This document shows positions 47,948 through 57,699 of a stretch of DNA of 64,000 nt, piece by piece (position 1 is the first letter of the stretch; each line of letters begins with the position of its first letter). The notes beneath the pieces were generated by a model that worked only from the letters and a program-made list of their open reading frames with translations, ran no database searches and had not been told where the DNA came from. The position numbers and the translations under genes were made by a program. The stretch lies in contig CAYQTO010000004.1 in the NCBI GenBank assembly GCA_964420455.1, forward strand, positions 5,385-69,384. Reading direction: 5' to 3'. The stretch comes from an uncultured Candidatus Sumerlaeota bacterium (GTDB lineage: Bacteria; Sumerlaeota; Sumerlaeia; SLMS01).

Positions 47948-48955
47948 ATGAAACCGGACGCGCGCACACCGGCGGAGGTCGCCGCCGACTTGATCGCCAG
48001 CGACCCACCCTCCGGCCACGCCCTGGTCGTGGACGAGCCCCACGACATTGTGGCGGGCGCCCTCGGGCGACACGGCATTCAGGTCCTCCGGTGGGAGACG
48101 AGACGTGTCGAGGATCGCGAGGCTCACCCGTGGCAGCAGGCAATGGCGGTCAGCACGGTGTTTCTCCGGCTGCCCCCCTCCCGGGAGTTTCTGGATTTCC
48201 AGCTCCACGCCATCGCGGGCCGGCTACTTCCCGGTGGACGTCTTTACGTGTTTGGTTCCAACGCGGAAGGCGCGCGGTCCGCCGGGGGCTCGCTCGAGGG
48301 CTTGTTCGGCGAGGCCGAAACGATCGAGTCGCGGCGCCATTGCCGTGTGTGGGAGGCAACGCGGCCTGCCCACATTACCGGCCTGCGCCCGGCCCTCGAG
48401 GACTGGGCAACGTCCTTCGCCTTCACCCTCGCTGGCGTCGACTATACGGCGACGACGCTGCCCGGCTGCTTCGCCGCGGGACGCCTCGATGGGGGCACCC
48501 GGCTTCTTCTCGAGGCGCTCCTCCATCGCCCTGCCGTCGGCAACCTCCTGGATTTTGGGTGTGGTGTCGGGGTGATCGGTCTGGTGCTCGGGAGAACGTG
48601 GCCCGGGTGCCGGATCGTCGGGATCGACAATTTTTCCCCGGCTGTCGAGGCGGCCCGCCAGAATGTTCCCGCCATGGAGGTCCACCTGGCGGATGGCTGG
48701 AGGGGTGCGCCCGCGGGGCCCTTCGACCTTGTTGTGAGCAACCCGCCGATCCATTCGGGAAAGGCGGAAGACCATCGGGTGCTGGGCGAGTTGCTGCGCG
48801 GCGCGCCCGGGCGGCTCAGGCCCGGGGGGCGGCTCGTGATCGTTGTCCAGTCGAGGATTCGCCTCGCCGACCGGCTTCGCGACGTCTATACGGACACGGA
48901 GTTGCTCGCCCGCGACGGGACCTACGAGGTATGGTCCGCCATTGCCCCGGCCTAG
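47948..48955 (+). CDS. class I SAM-dependent methyltransferase, RsmC/RsmD-like (rRNA m2G type)
   Basis: Shows LLDFGCGVGVIGLVL (motif I) and LVVSNPPIHSG (the NPPxH motif IV typical of RsmC-like enzymes). An alternative GTG start lies at 47939. Confidence 0.65.
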   Translation: MKPDARTPAEVAADLIASDPPSGHALVVDEPHDIVAGALGRHGIQVLRWETRRVEDREAHPWQQAMAVSTVFLRLPPSREFLDFQLHAIAGRLLPGGRLYVFGSNAEGARSAGGSLEGLFGEAETIESRRHCRVWEATRPAHITGLRPALEDWATSFAFTLAGVDYTATTLPGCFAAGRLDGGTRLLLEALLHRPAVGNLLDFGCGVGVIGLVLGRTWPGCRIVGIDNFSPAVEAARQNVPAMEVHLADGWRGAPAGPFDLVVSNPPIHSGKAEDHRVLGELLRGAPGRLRPGGRLVIVVQSRIRLADRLRDVYTDTELLARDGTYEVWSAIAPA

Positions 48956-50736
48956 GCGGACTCCGCCAGCGCCGGGATCTCGATGCCCCGCCGCCGGCCC
49001 GCGTGGAGCCCCACCATATAGACGACCGCCTCGACGATCATCCAAACCTCGAGCGCCAGCACCGCCAGCCCGATAAAGAACAAGAGCCAGTTGCGCGAGT
49101 CCGGATTCGCAAAGGTCTCGAGCAACAGCACCAGACCCCAACCGGTCATCACCAGCATGAACACCATGGGAATCGCGGTGATGACGACCGGCTTGCCCTT
49201 GCGGTAGAGCCAGACCGTCGCAACAAGGAGCGCGAGGCCCGCCAGCAGCTGATTGGTGGTGCCGAACAGCGGCCAGAGTATCATCGCTCCCATGCCGCCG
49301 GTCTTCAGCCCCTCAAGGATCGAGTCCGCCAGAAACACATCGTTGAAGGCCAGTACGAAGCCGCTGAGCACCGCGATGGCGGTGGCGACAAAGCGATTTG
49401 AAAGGACGGGCACGCGGATCGTGTTGCCCAACTCGCTGATGACGTAGCGCTGGAGGCGGGTGGTACTGTCCAGGGTCGTTGCGGCAAAGCTGGCAACGAA
49501 GACTCCCATAATCGCGGTGGCAAAGGCCAGGGGAACACCAATCCCCTGCATCAGGTTGGCCGCGCCGGGGATCACCGCTCGCATTGCATTGCCGAGGCCC
49601 TGGGCCTCGCCCCAGTTAAGGTACTTTGCCTGCCAGGCCGCCGACCCCGTCAGCATCCCTTCCGGTGTCGACATGCCAAGGCCAAGCCCCGCGCAGCACG
49701 CCACGATCACGAGCACCGCCAACATGCCCTCGAGAAGCATGGCGCCGTAACCCACGTACTGCGCGTCCGCCTCGCTCCGCAGTTGCTTGGAACTCGTGCC
49801 GCTCGAAACAAGACAATGAAACCCGCTGCACGCGCCACAGGCAACCGTGATAAACAGGAAGGGCAGAACGGGAAAAGGGGCGCCGATGTCCGAATCGAAA
49901 TTGGTCGCGGGCGCCACCAGCGCGGGTTGCGACACCAGCACCCCCATGAAGAGGAGCCCCATTGCGAACATCAACTGGTACGAATTGATGTAATCGCGGG
50001 GCTGGAGCAGCCACTGAACCGGGAGCGTGCTGGCAACAAAGCAATACGCCAGCAGGAGCACGGTCCAGAAGGCGACGGGGCTCAACCACCCCAGGTTCAC
50101 CGAGAACTGGAACGCCTCGAACGTGCTCGAAAGCCAGATCGTCGCGTACATCAGGACGACGGACACGATGGTCCCCGCGACGAGGTTGCCCCCGCGCAGC
50201 ACCCAGATGCCGAGTCCAACAGCGATCGGGATCTGGAGCCAGACCGGCAGGACGGAACTGGGGAACTGGGCAAAGACCACCGCGATCACGAGTCCGAAAA
50301 TCGCGATCACGATCCAAAGTGCGAACATGATGATCAGCAGAAACAGGATCCGCACGCGGCGGTTGATGATATCGCCGCAGTAATCGCCGATCGTCCGGCC
50401 CTGGTTGCGCAGGCTCATGACGAGGGCGGCGAAATCGTGCACTGCCCCGACGAGGACGCTCCCGACGAGCACCCAGATCAGCGCCGGGAGCCATCCCCAG
50501 ATAACGGCGATCGCCGGGCCGACGATCGGCCCCGTGCCGGCGATGCTGGTGAAGTGGTGGCCAAAGACGATCGAGCGGTCGCTCGGGACGTAATCACAGC
50601 CATCCTCGCGCACCACCGCTGGCGTCTGCCGCGACGGATCGAGCTGGAAGATCTTTCGCCCAAGCCAACGACCATATGTGTGGTAGGCCACCAGGTACAG
50701 CACGGCGGCGCCAACGACGATCAGGACGGTTTCCAT
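48952..50736 (-). CDS. cstA: carbon starvation protein A (peptide/pyruvate transporter family)
   Basis: 594-aa polytopic membrane protein. Shows FGHHFTSIAGTGPIVGPAIAVIWGWLPA and ACGACSGFHCLVSSGTSSKQL. Confidence 0.9.
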   Translation of the reverse strand: METVLIVVGAAVLYLVAYHTYGRWLGRKIFQLDPSRQTPAVVREDGCDYVPSDRSIVFGHHFTSIAGTGPIVGPAIAVIWGWLPALIWVLVGSVLVGAVHDFAALVMSLRNQGRTIGDYCGDIINRRVRILFLLIIMFALWIVIAIFGLVIAVVFAQFPSSVLPVWLQIPIAVGLGIWVLRGGNLVAGTIVSVVLMYATIWLSSTFEAFQFSVNLGWLSPVAFWTVLLLAYCFVASTLPVQWLLQPRDYINSYQLMFAMGLLFMGVLVSQPALVAPATNFDSDIGAPFPVLPFLFITVACGACSGFHCLVSSGTSSKQLRSEADAQYVGYGAMLLEGMLAVLVIVACCAGLGLGMSTPEGMLTGSAAWQAKYLNWGEAQGLGNAMRAVIPGAANLMQGIGVPLAFATAIMGVFVASFAATTLDSTTRLQRYVISELGNTIRVPVLSNRFVATAIAVLSGFVLAFNDVFLADSILEGLKTGGMGAMILWPLFGTTNQLLAGLALLVATVWLYRKGKPVVITAIPMVFMLVMTGWGLVLLLETFANPDSRNWLLFFIGLAVLALEVWMIVEAVVYMVGLHAGRRRGIEIPALAESA

Positions 50737-50955
50737 TTACGCGCCCGCCATGCCGCGACGGGTGGTCTCCTTTCCCATGATTGAGGGAACTGGGAATCAC
50801 CATTGTTTGATAAATTGTCAAGGCGGGGATTTGGACCGGGGGGCACCCCCGCCCGTTCTTCGTTGACGTCCGAACAAGCCCTGTCGCTTTCTCCTTGGCC
50901 CGTGCGGCCTCCCGCAGAGGTCCAGCCCTCCATTCCCGACCGGATTTCCAACCAC

Positions 50956-52989
50956 GTGATTTCCATCCAGAAGCTTCGCAATCCCTACTTCATGCGGTGG
51001 TTTCTTTGGGTCATCCTTATCGTGACCATCCCCGCTTTCGTCCTCTTCTATGCGGGAGGGCCCAGCGCCGGCGGCGGGCTTTACTTTGGCCCCTATGCCA
51101 CCATCGAGACCGAGGATGGGGAAATCGAGTTAACCGGCGCCGATCTGGAGGCCTCGCGCAATCGCGCCGCCAACTACTACATCAACTTCGCTGTCGCTTC
51201 GGGCCAATTGCCACCCCAGCAATCTTTCCAGGCGGCCGCCAATATCCAGAACCGCCTCGACCCTCTGGACGTCGCCAAGTTCGCCGTTAGCGAGGTGGCC
51301 TTTGAGGAACGCCTCCGCCGCCAGGGAATTCGCGTAACCGATCGTCAGGTGTCCCGGTACCTCTCGGAGCAGGGCCTCACCCGCGAGCAGCTTCGCAATA
51401 TTCTCCAGACTCGACGCATTACCGAGGCCGACTACGCCGCCATCCAGCGCCGCGACCTGAAGAACGCCCTCGCCACCGATACCGTCTCTCGTACCGCACG
51501 CACCTCGCTTCTCGAGCTCTGGAACCAGTACCGTCTCGAAAACGAAATGATCACCGCCGAGAGCGTCCGGATCAACATCCAGCCCGATCCCAATCTCGAG
51601 GTTTCCGGTGAACTCGTCCGGACAAAGTACGATGAACTTGTCGAGGCCAGGGACACGACCGTGATCGATCCTCCTCGGCGCGTGTACGAATACGTGGCCC
51701 TCAATCTTCCCGCACTCGATTCCGTCGAGCCAACGGAGGAGGAGTTGCGCGAAGCCTACGAGAACGCGCCAGCGGAGGATGGGGAACTTGTCGACCGGGG
51801 CGGGCTCAGCGTCCGCCAAGTCTTCGTCGAAGTCCCCGCTGACGCCAGCGACGAGGCGCGTGCCGAGGCCCGCGCCGACATCGAGGAAGCTCGCGCCCGC
51901 ATCGAAGCAGGCGAGCCGTTTGCCCAGGTCGCCAACGAGGTGACCGACGATCCCGCAAACATTGTCATCACCGACGGTGATGCCCCGCCGACCCAGCGCG
52001 GCGGCCTCATCCCCGGAGAACTCGTCGGCGACGAGATCGACACCTACGGCGTCGACTTCATCACGTTCATTAATGAGTCGGACGCCAACGTCCTTTCGGG
52101 AATTCTGGAGGTCCCCGGCGGGTTCGCCATCGCCGAGGTGCTGTCGCGCCGCGAGCCGGGGCGTCTTTCATTCGATCGCGCACGGCCAGTCCTTCGCGAG
52201 CGACTCGTGGAGGAGAAGACCGCCCTGCGCGAAGCAGAACGGACGGACCTCATTCGCGACAATCTCACCCGGCTGCGGAGCGCCGCCGCCAGCAACACCA
52301 CACTCGACGGCGTCGCGGCAGAACTCGGCGTCGAAGTGGAACGCACGTCACCCACCCTGGCCAGTTCGACCAGCATCACCGGAATCGGCAATCTCCAGGA
52401 AGAGCGCGAGGCCTTGGTGGGCCTTATTCCCGGACGCATGACCCCCGTCCTCCAGGCCAGCAATGGTACCGTAGCCGTCCTCAAGCTGGTGGAATTTATC
52501 GACGAGCGGGTCCGTGACCTTGAGGAGGTGGAAACGCGGGTTGCGGACCTGGTGCGCCGGGACATGGCCCGTGACGAAGCCATGGCCCAGGCCAGCGAAC
52601 TCCGCACTCGTGTCGTCGAGGGTGGCGACTCCTTCACCAGCGTGGTTCTCGAAATGGGTCTGGAGGCGAACCCGGTGGAACCCTTCCCCCGGGCGGAGCC
52701 CCCCGCCTTTGTCCAGCGTATTCCCGCCATGGTTCAGGACACCTATACCGCCGAGGCCGGCGACGTCCTCATGGAGGAATTCTCCCTCTTCAACATCACC
52801 AGCCAGGTGGTCATCCTGCACCTGCTGCAGGTCGATTCTCCAAGCCGCGAGACATTCCTCGAGGACCTTGGCAACCTGGAGGCGGGGATGCTCCTCGCCA
52901 AGCAGTCCGGCTTTATCGAAGAGTATCGCCGCGAGGCCCTGATGGAAATGGACGCGGAATTCAACGAAGTGCTCTTGGATACGGAATAG
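50956..52989 (+). CDS. PpiD/SurA-like periplasmic chaperone with a single N-terminal TM anchor and a degenerate parvulin domain
   Basis: TM segment WFLWVILIVTIPAFVLFYAG, then long helical chaperone-like regions and a parvulin-like block (LSVRQVFVEV...GGFAIAEVL). The start is uncertain (GTG 50956 or ATG 50992). Confidence 0.6.
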   Translation: MISIQKLRNPYFMRWFLWVILIVTIPAFVLFYAGGPSAGGGLYFGPYATIETEDGEIELTGADLEASRNRAANYYINFAVASGQLPPQQSFQAAANIQNRLDPLDVAKFAVSEVAFEERLRRQGIRVTDRQVSRYLSEQGLTREQLRNILQTRRITEADYAAIQRRDLKNALATDTVSRTARTSLLELWNQYRLENEMITAESVRINIQPDPNLEVSGELVRTKYDELVEARDTTVIDPPRRVYEYVALNLPALDSVEPTEEELREAYENAPAEDGELVDRGGLSVRQVFVEVPADASDEARAEARADIEEARARIEAGEPFAQVANEVTDDPANIVITDGDAPPTQRGGLIPGELVGDEIDTYGVDFITFINESDANVLSGILEVPGGFAIAEVLSRREPGRLSFDRARPVLRERLVEEKTALREAERTDLIRDNLTRLRSAAASNTTLDGVAAELGVEVERTSPTLASSTSITGIGNLQEEREALVGLIPGRMTPVLQASNGTVAVLKLVEFIDERVRDLEEVETRVADLVRRDMARDEAMAQASELRTRVVEGGDSFTSVVLEMGLEANPVEPFPRAEPPAFVQRIPAMVQDTYTAEAGDVLMEEFSLFNITSQVVILHLLQVDSPSRETFLEDLGNLEAGMLLAKQSGFIEEYRREALMEMDAEFNEVLLDTE

Positions 52990-53279
52990 CGCCAATGGTG
53001 TTGTTCGTGTCCCGTCCGGACGGCTCTTTCTTCTCCGTAAAGGGCTCCCCCGGGGGAAAACACACCTTTACGCGAACCATCTCCCCAATAAGCCCTTTAC
53101 CGGGGGCATAAATCGTTTGTGTGGACGTGCAAGGGCTCGTGCAAACCCAGTAGCCATCGGGATTGCCAAAGAATCCGGTGGAAAGCTCGGCGGTTTCCCG
53201 GCGGAATGCGCGCCTCGCAAGCACCTCTCCCATGGCGGGGGATTCCAATCAACAGCACGGGGTAGGAGACAGGGCCCAC

Positions 53280-54602
53280 ATGGCGAAGAAGGAAGAAAAG
53301 AAGCCAACGCGGACGACCAAAAAGGCAACGGGCGACGAAAAGCCCAAGGCCAAGGGGAAGGCGTCGGGTAGCAAAACTCCGACGACCGCAAAGGCGTCCT
53401 CGTCCAAGTCCGCCACTCCCGCAAAGACGGCTTCAAAAAAGGGCGCTCCTCCGAGAACGAGCCCGGCCAGCGGCGGACCCGTCAAGGTCAAGAGAGCGAC
53501 CGACGGGACGAAGAGCGACTCGTCCAAGCCACGCACTTCCGTTGAGAAGGCCACGGTCGCGACGGCACCGACCTCCGCCCCCAAGCGCGCCAAGGCCCCG
53601 GAGGCTCCCCCTTCCGCCAAGACCGCCGTGCCCCGCATCCCCCAGGCCGCCGTCGTTGAGGACAAGCTGCCCCACGAATACGGCCGCACCAAGATTGTCC
53701 TTCTCCTCCGCGATCCCGAATGGCTGTTCGCCTACTGGGAAATTGACGCGGAAACGCGCCGCTCCGCGGGAATCGTCCGTGGAAAGCACGAACGCAAACT
53801 GGTCCTCCGCGTCTACGAGGACGGCCCCAATTCCGCCCTCTCACCGTACTTCGACATCGAGGCCAGCGACGAAACCTCCTCGTGGTATATCCATGCCCGG
53901 AACCCGAACTCGCGCGTCACCGTCGCTTTGGGGCTCTATGATTCCACCGGTGAGTTCCGAGAGATCACCCGGTCGAGCGCGGTGCAGCTCCCCCGAATGG
54001 GTATCGCGGAGAGTGCCGACCTTCAGTTCGCGGAAATCACCGACGAGATCTACGGGCAAATCGTCGAGCTTTCCGGGGGCGCCCGCATCGGCGACCGCCT
54101 CGGCAGCGACGAGTTCCTGCGCTCGCTCCAGAGCCGCATCCTCGAAAGCCTTCACGAAGGCCCGCTTTCCAGTGGCGTCCTTTCCTCCGGCGAATTCTTC
54201 GGCCTGTCGTCCGTCGGCCTGTCGTCCGGCTTGTTCAGCGGCCAGTTCGGCGGCGCCAGCGAGTTCCTCAGCAGCTGGCTGCTGCCGTCCTCCCTGTCTT
54301 CCATCGGCGAAGGTGGCGAGGACTCGGCCAAGAGGGGGCTCGAACGCGACCGGCGCTTCTGGCTCGAGGTCGGTGTCGACGTCATCGTTTACGGCGCGAC
54401 AGAGCCCAACGCCCGGGTGACCTTCATGGGCAAGCCGATCGCCCTCACGCCGGACGGAACCTTCCGGTTCCGCATGGTCCTGCCCGACACGGAGGTGGAG
54501 TTCCCCGTCGAGGCCGTCAGCGCCGACGGCGCCGAGACCCGCCGCGTCAAGCCGGTGGTCAAGCGCCACACCGAGGGGAACCCCCACGAACCGGTGGAGT
54601 GA
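53280..54602 (+). CDS. DUF4912-domain protein with Lys/Ala/Pro/Thr-rich (histone-H1-like) N-terminal tail
   Basis: Trimmed to MAKKEEKKPTRTTKKATGDEKPKAKGKASG..., with RBS AGGAGA. DUF4912-like core LPHEYGRTKIVLLLRDPEWLFAYWEI...KLVLRVYE. Confidence 0.6.
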   Translation: MAKKEEKKPTRTTKKATGDEKPKAKGKASGSKTPTTAKASSSKSATPAKTASKKGAPPRTSPASGGPVKVKRATDGTKSDSSKPRTSVEKATVATAPTSAPKRAKAPEAPPSAKTAVPRIPQAAVVEDKLPHEYGRTKIVLLLRDPEWLFAYWEIDAETRRSAGIVRGKHERKLVLRVYEDGPNSALSPYFDIEASDETSSWYIHARNPNSRVTVALGLYDSTGEFREITRSSAVQLPRMGIAESADLQFAEITDEIYGQIVELSGGARIGDRLGSDEFLRSLQSRILESLHEGPLSSGVLSSGEFFGLSSVGLSSGLFSGQFGGASEFLSSWLLPSSLSSIGEGGEDSAKRGLERDRRFWLEVGVDVIVYGATEPNARVTFMGKPIALTPDGTFRFRMVLPDTEVEFPVEAVSADGAETRRVKPVVKRHTEGNPHEPVE

Positions 54603-54619
54603 TTCCCACCCCTGCGACT

Positions 54620-54627
54620 GTATAGAC
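54620..54627 (+). repeat. the only intergenic copy of the over-represented octamer GTATAGAC (20 exact copies in the window; see findings)
   Basis: Read directly. It sits 2 nt upstream of the terminator hairpin that follows the DUF4912 gene. Confidence 0.9.
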
Positions 54628-54629
54628 AT

Positions 54630-54667
54630 GCCCCCGGGTTTCCCTTGCTTTCCGGGGGCGCTTTTCT
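54630..54667 (+). terminator. intrinsic terminator after the DUF4912 gene
   Basis: GCCCCCGG-N14-CCGGGGGC followed by GCTTTTCT. Confidence 0.6.
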
Positions 54668-54702
54668 GATCACCACTTCAGCGGCCTCCTGCGACGTTGG
54701 TT

Positions 54703-54914
54703 GGGAGAGACAGCCCTGGAGCCGATGCGACAATACTGGGAGCCTTTTGTTCCGGCGGCGGCCATGCCCCTTCGGGGGATGCTTCCAGGCTGGAATGCGG
54801 GCGCCCACTTGTGAGACCCAGGGTTTCACGAGGCTGTCTGCTCCGACGGCGAAGCGGGAGGCTGTAGCATCTTTCACCGCCCGGGCCCCGCAGGGACCCG
54901 GGCGCTTTCTTTTT
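54703..54914 (+). ncRNA. candidate structured non-coding RNA (unassigned class) ending in a strong intrinsic terminator
   Basis: No credible ORF. A long-range helix pairs GGGAGAGACAGCC (54703..54715) with GGCTGTCTGCTCC (54832..54844). There is a UUCG-tetraloop hairpin CAUGCCCC-UUCG-GGGGAUG (54763..54781). The terminator CGCCCGGGCCC-cgca-GGGaCCCGGGCG plus CTTTCTTTTT lies at 54878..54914. Confidence 0.45.
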
Positions 54915-55032
54915 CCCGCATCTCGCGCTTGATTCTCCCCCCCGCGGCGGCGAATCTACCCCGTTCATCAGCACCGATCCAGCCCCCCGGGTCCCTTCCG
55001 GCCCACGCCCACAACGAGGTTCCACACCGCCC

Positions 55033-57582
55033 ATGGACGAAATTCGCGAGAACATCCGCCCGATCGCCATCGAAGAGGAGATGCGCAGCGCCTTCCTCGA
55101 CTACTCGATGTCGGTGATCGTCAGCCGGGCACTGCCCGACGTGCGCGACGGCCTCAAGCCCGTCCACCGGCGGATCCTCTACGCGATGTACACGGGCGGG
55201 TTCCGATCCAACCGCCCTCCGTCCAAGTCCGGCCGCATCGTTGGGGACGTCCTCGGAAAGTACCACCCCCACGGCGACACCGCCGTCTACGACGCCATGG
55301 TCCGCATGGCCCAGAGCTGGTCCATGCGCGAGATGCTCATCGAGGGCCAGGGCAACTACGGCTCCATGGACGGCGATCCCCCCGCGGCGATGCGTTACAC
55401 CGAGGCGCGCCTGCGCTCCATCGGCGAGGCGATGCTGACCGACATCGATAAGGACACGGTCAACTTCGTCCCCAACTACGACGGCAAGGACCTCGAGCCG
55501 GTCGTCCTCCCCAGCGCCTTTCCCAACCTCCTCGTCAATGGGTCCGAGGGCATCGCCGTCGGCATGGCCACCAAGATTCCGCCCCACAACCTGGGCGAGT
55601 GTATAGACGCCTTGGTCCTCCTCATCGACAAGCCGAAGGCCACCCTCGAGGAGGTCATGGCACTGATGCCCGGGCCGGACTTTCCCACCGGCGGCTATAT
55701 CCTGGGCCGCGAGGGCATCCGCTCCGCCTATTCCACCGGCCGAGGCCGTGTCGTCATGCGCGCCCGATGCATGACCGAGCAGCTCAAGAATGGCAAGGAA
55801 GCGGTCATCGTCAGCGAGCTGCCCTATCAGACCAACAAGGCGACCCTTATCGCGAATATCGCCGGCCTCGTCCGCGAGAAGAAGCTCCTCGGCATCACCG
55901 ACATCCGCGACGAGTCGGACCGCGACGGCATGCGCATCGTTATCGAGCTGCGCCGCGGCGAGGAAGCCGAGGTCGTCATCAACAACCTTTACAAGAAGAC
56001 GGGGATGCAGGCGACCTTTGGCGTGATCCTCCTCGCCATCGTCAACAACCAGCCGCGCTATTTGTCGCTCCTGCGCATCCTGCACCTGTATATCCAGCAC
56101 CGGCGCGAGGTGCTCCTGCGGGCGACGCGCTTCGACCTCAACAAGGCCCAGGAACGCCTCCACATCGTCGAGGGCCTCCTTACCGCCCTCGCCAACATCG
56201 ACGAGGTGGTACGCATCATCCGCGAGAGCGCCGATACGGACGGGGCCCGCACCGCCCTGATGGAAAACTTCGTCCTCTCGCGCCGCCAGGCCGACGCCAT
56301 CCTCGAGATGCGCCTGCGCACCCTCACCGCCCTCGAAGTCCACAAGCTCGAGGACGAACGCACCGAACTCAAGGCCCTCATCGAGCGCCTCGAGGCCATC
56401 CTCGCCTCCGAGAAAAGACAGTACGAGGTCATCCGCGAAGACCTCCTCGACGTGAAAAAGCGCTACGCCAATCGGCGCCTCTCCGAGATCATTAACGATC
56501 CCGGCGAGATGACCGTCGAGGACCTCATCGCCGAGGAACGCATGGTCATTACCATCAGCCATGCGGGCTACATCAAGCGCACCGACATGAACCTTTACCG
56601 CAAACAGAAGCGTGGCGGGAAGGGGACCATCGGCGCCGAGACGCGCGACGAGGACTGGGTCGAGCACCTTTTCGTGGGCACGACCCACGACTACATGATG
56701 TTCTTCACCAATCTGGGGAAGGCCTACTGGCTGAAGGTCTGGGAGCTTCCCCAGGCGGGACGTGCATCGAAGGGGCGCCCGATCGTGAACCTCCTCGAGG
56801 CCCTCGAGAAGGACGAGAGAATCCAGGCGGTTGTCGCCGTCTCCGAGTTCCGCGACGACCACTTCCTCGTCTTCTGCACCCGCAAGGGCCAGGTGCAGAA
56901 GAACGCCCTCTCCCTTTACAGCAATCCGCTGAAGCGCGGCATCAAGGCCTTCAACATCGGGGAGGACGACGAGCTCATCACCGTGAAGCTCGCCGCCGAC
57001 GACCAGGACATCCTCATCGCCACGCGCAAGGGCATGGCCGTCCGCATGAAGACGGCGGACATCCGCGCCGCCGGACGCTTTACCCAGGGCGTGCGCGGCA
57101 TCACCCTTACCGAAGGCGACCGCGTCATCGGCATGGAGTCGCTCCGGCCCGACGGCACGATCCTCACCGTGTCCGAAAAGGGCATGGGCAAGCGGTCGGA
57201 AATCGAGGACTATCGCCGGATCAGCCGCGGCGGGAAGGGCGTGATCAACATGCGCCTCACGGATCGCACCGGCGAGATTGTTGGCATCAACGAGGTCCTC
57301 GATACGGACGAAATGATCATCATCACCGCCAAGGGCCAGACGATCCGCTTCCGCGTGTCGGACCTGCGGGTGATCGGTCGCGCGACCCAGGGGGTGAAGC
57401 TGTTCTCCCTCGACGAGGGCGACCGCATCGTTGCCGTCTCCCGCGTCGCCGAGGACGAGGAAAAGGACGACGAGTCCCAGTCCTCGGCCACCGGCGAGTC
57501 GCCCGCCGAAGGCGCCCCGGAGGCCGAATCTGAAGACACCGGCATCCAGGGCGAAGAGACGGATACCCCCCCCGAGGCTTAA
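55033..57582 (+). CDS. gyrA: DNA gyrase subunit A
   Basis: 849 aa. Shows [32 protein letters not shown], the active-site region [10 protein letters not shown], and C-terminal beta-pinwheel repeats with an acidic tail. Confidence 0.95.
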   Translation: MDEIRENIRPIAIEEEMRSAFLDYSMSVIVSRALPDVRDGLKPVHRRILYAMYTGGFRSNRPPSKSGRIVGDVLGKYHPHGDTAVYDAMVRMAQSWSMREMLIEGQGNYGSMDGDPPAAMRYTEARLRSIGEAMLTDIDKDTVNFVPNYDGKDLEPVVLPSAFPNLLVNGSEGIAVGMATKIPPHNLGECIDALVLLIDKPKATLEEVMALMPGPDFPTGGYILGREGIRSAYSTGRGRVVMRARCMTEQLKNGKEAVIVSELPYQTNKATLIANIAGLVREKKLLGITDIRDESDRDGMRIVIELRRGEEAEVVINNLYKKTGMQATFGVILLAIVNNQPRYLSLLRILHLYIQHRREVLLRATRFDLNKAQERLHIVEGLLTALANIDEVVRIIRESADTDGARTALMENFVLSRRQADAILEMRLRTLTALEVHKLEDERTELKALIERLEAILASEKRQYEVIREDLLDVKKRYANRRLSEIINDPGEMTVEDLIAEERMVITISHAGYIKRTDMNLYRKQKRGGKGTIGAETRDEDWVEHLFVGTTHDYMMFFTNLGKAYWLKVWELPQAGRASKGRPIVNLLEALEKDERIQAVVAVSEFRDDHFLVFCTRKGQVQKNALSLYSNPLKRGIKAFNIGEDDELITVKLAADDQDILIATRKGMAVRMKTADIRAAGRFTQGVRGITLTEGDRVIGMESLRPDGTILTVSEKGMGKRSEIEDYRRISRGGKGVINMRLTDRTGEIVGINEVLDTDEMIIITAKGQTIRFRVSDLRVIGRATQGVKLFSLDEGDRIVAVSRVAEDEEKDDESQSSATGESPAEGAPEAESEDTGIQGEETDTPPEA

Positions 57583-57649
57583 CGACCCTCCGAATCTGAA
57601 AAGCGACTCGAGCATCGCCAACTTTCCTTGCGTTGCCCAGCCCCCATGG

Positions 57650-57670
57650 TCCAAAGACGTTGCGTCACTG
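57650..57670 (+). promoter_or_regulatory. conserved intergenic box TCCAAAGACGTTGCGTCACTG, 30 nt upstream of the next start codon
   Basis: 18/21 identical to 28205..28225. It is embedded in a 6-bp-stem inverted repeat, CGTTGC-gtcact-GCAACG. Confidence 0.35.
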
Positions 57671-57699
57671 CAACGCTCCCCCATTTTCAGGAGGATTCC

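Noticed and set aside
48951-48956. The convergent RsmC-like and cstA genes share a CTAG tetranucleotide that provides the stop codon for both strands.
   Set aside because: It is real but trivial. It is a chance consequence of TAG stops on both strands, with no evidence of regulatory significance.
54645-54932. A 95-aa ORF spanning the candidate ncRNA region upstream of gyrA.
   Set aside because: It has a non-ATG start and no RBS, runs straight through a strong intrinsic terminator, and has non-protein-like composition (Cys, Arg and Phe scattered, no motifs).
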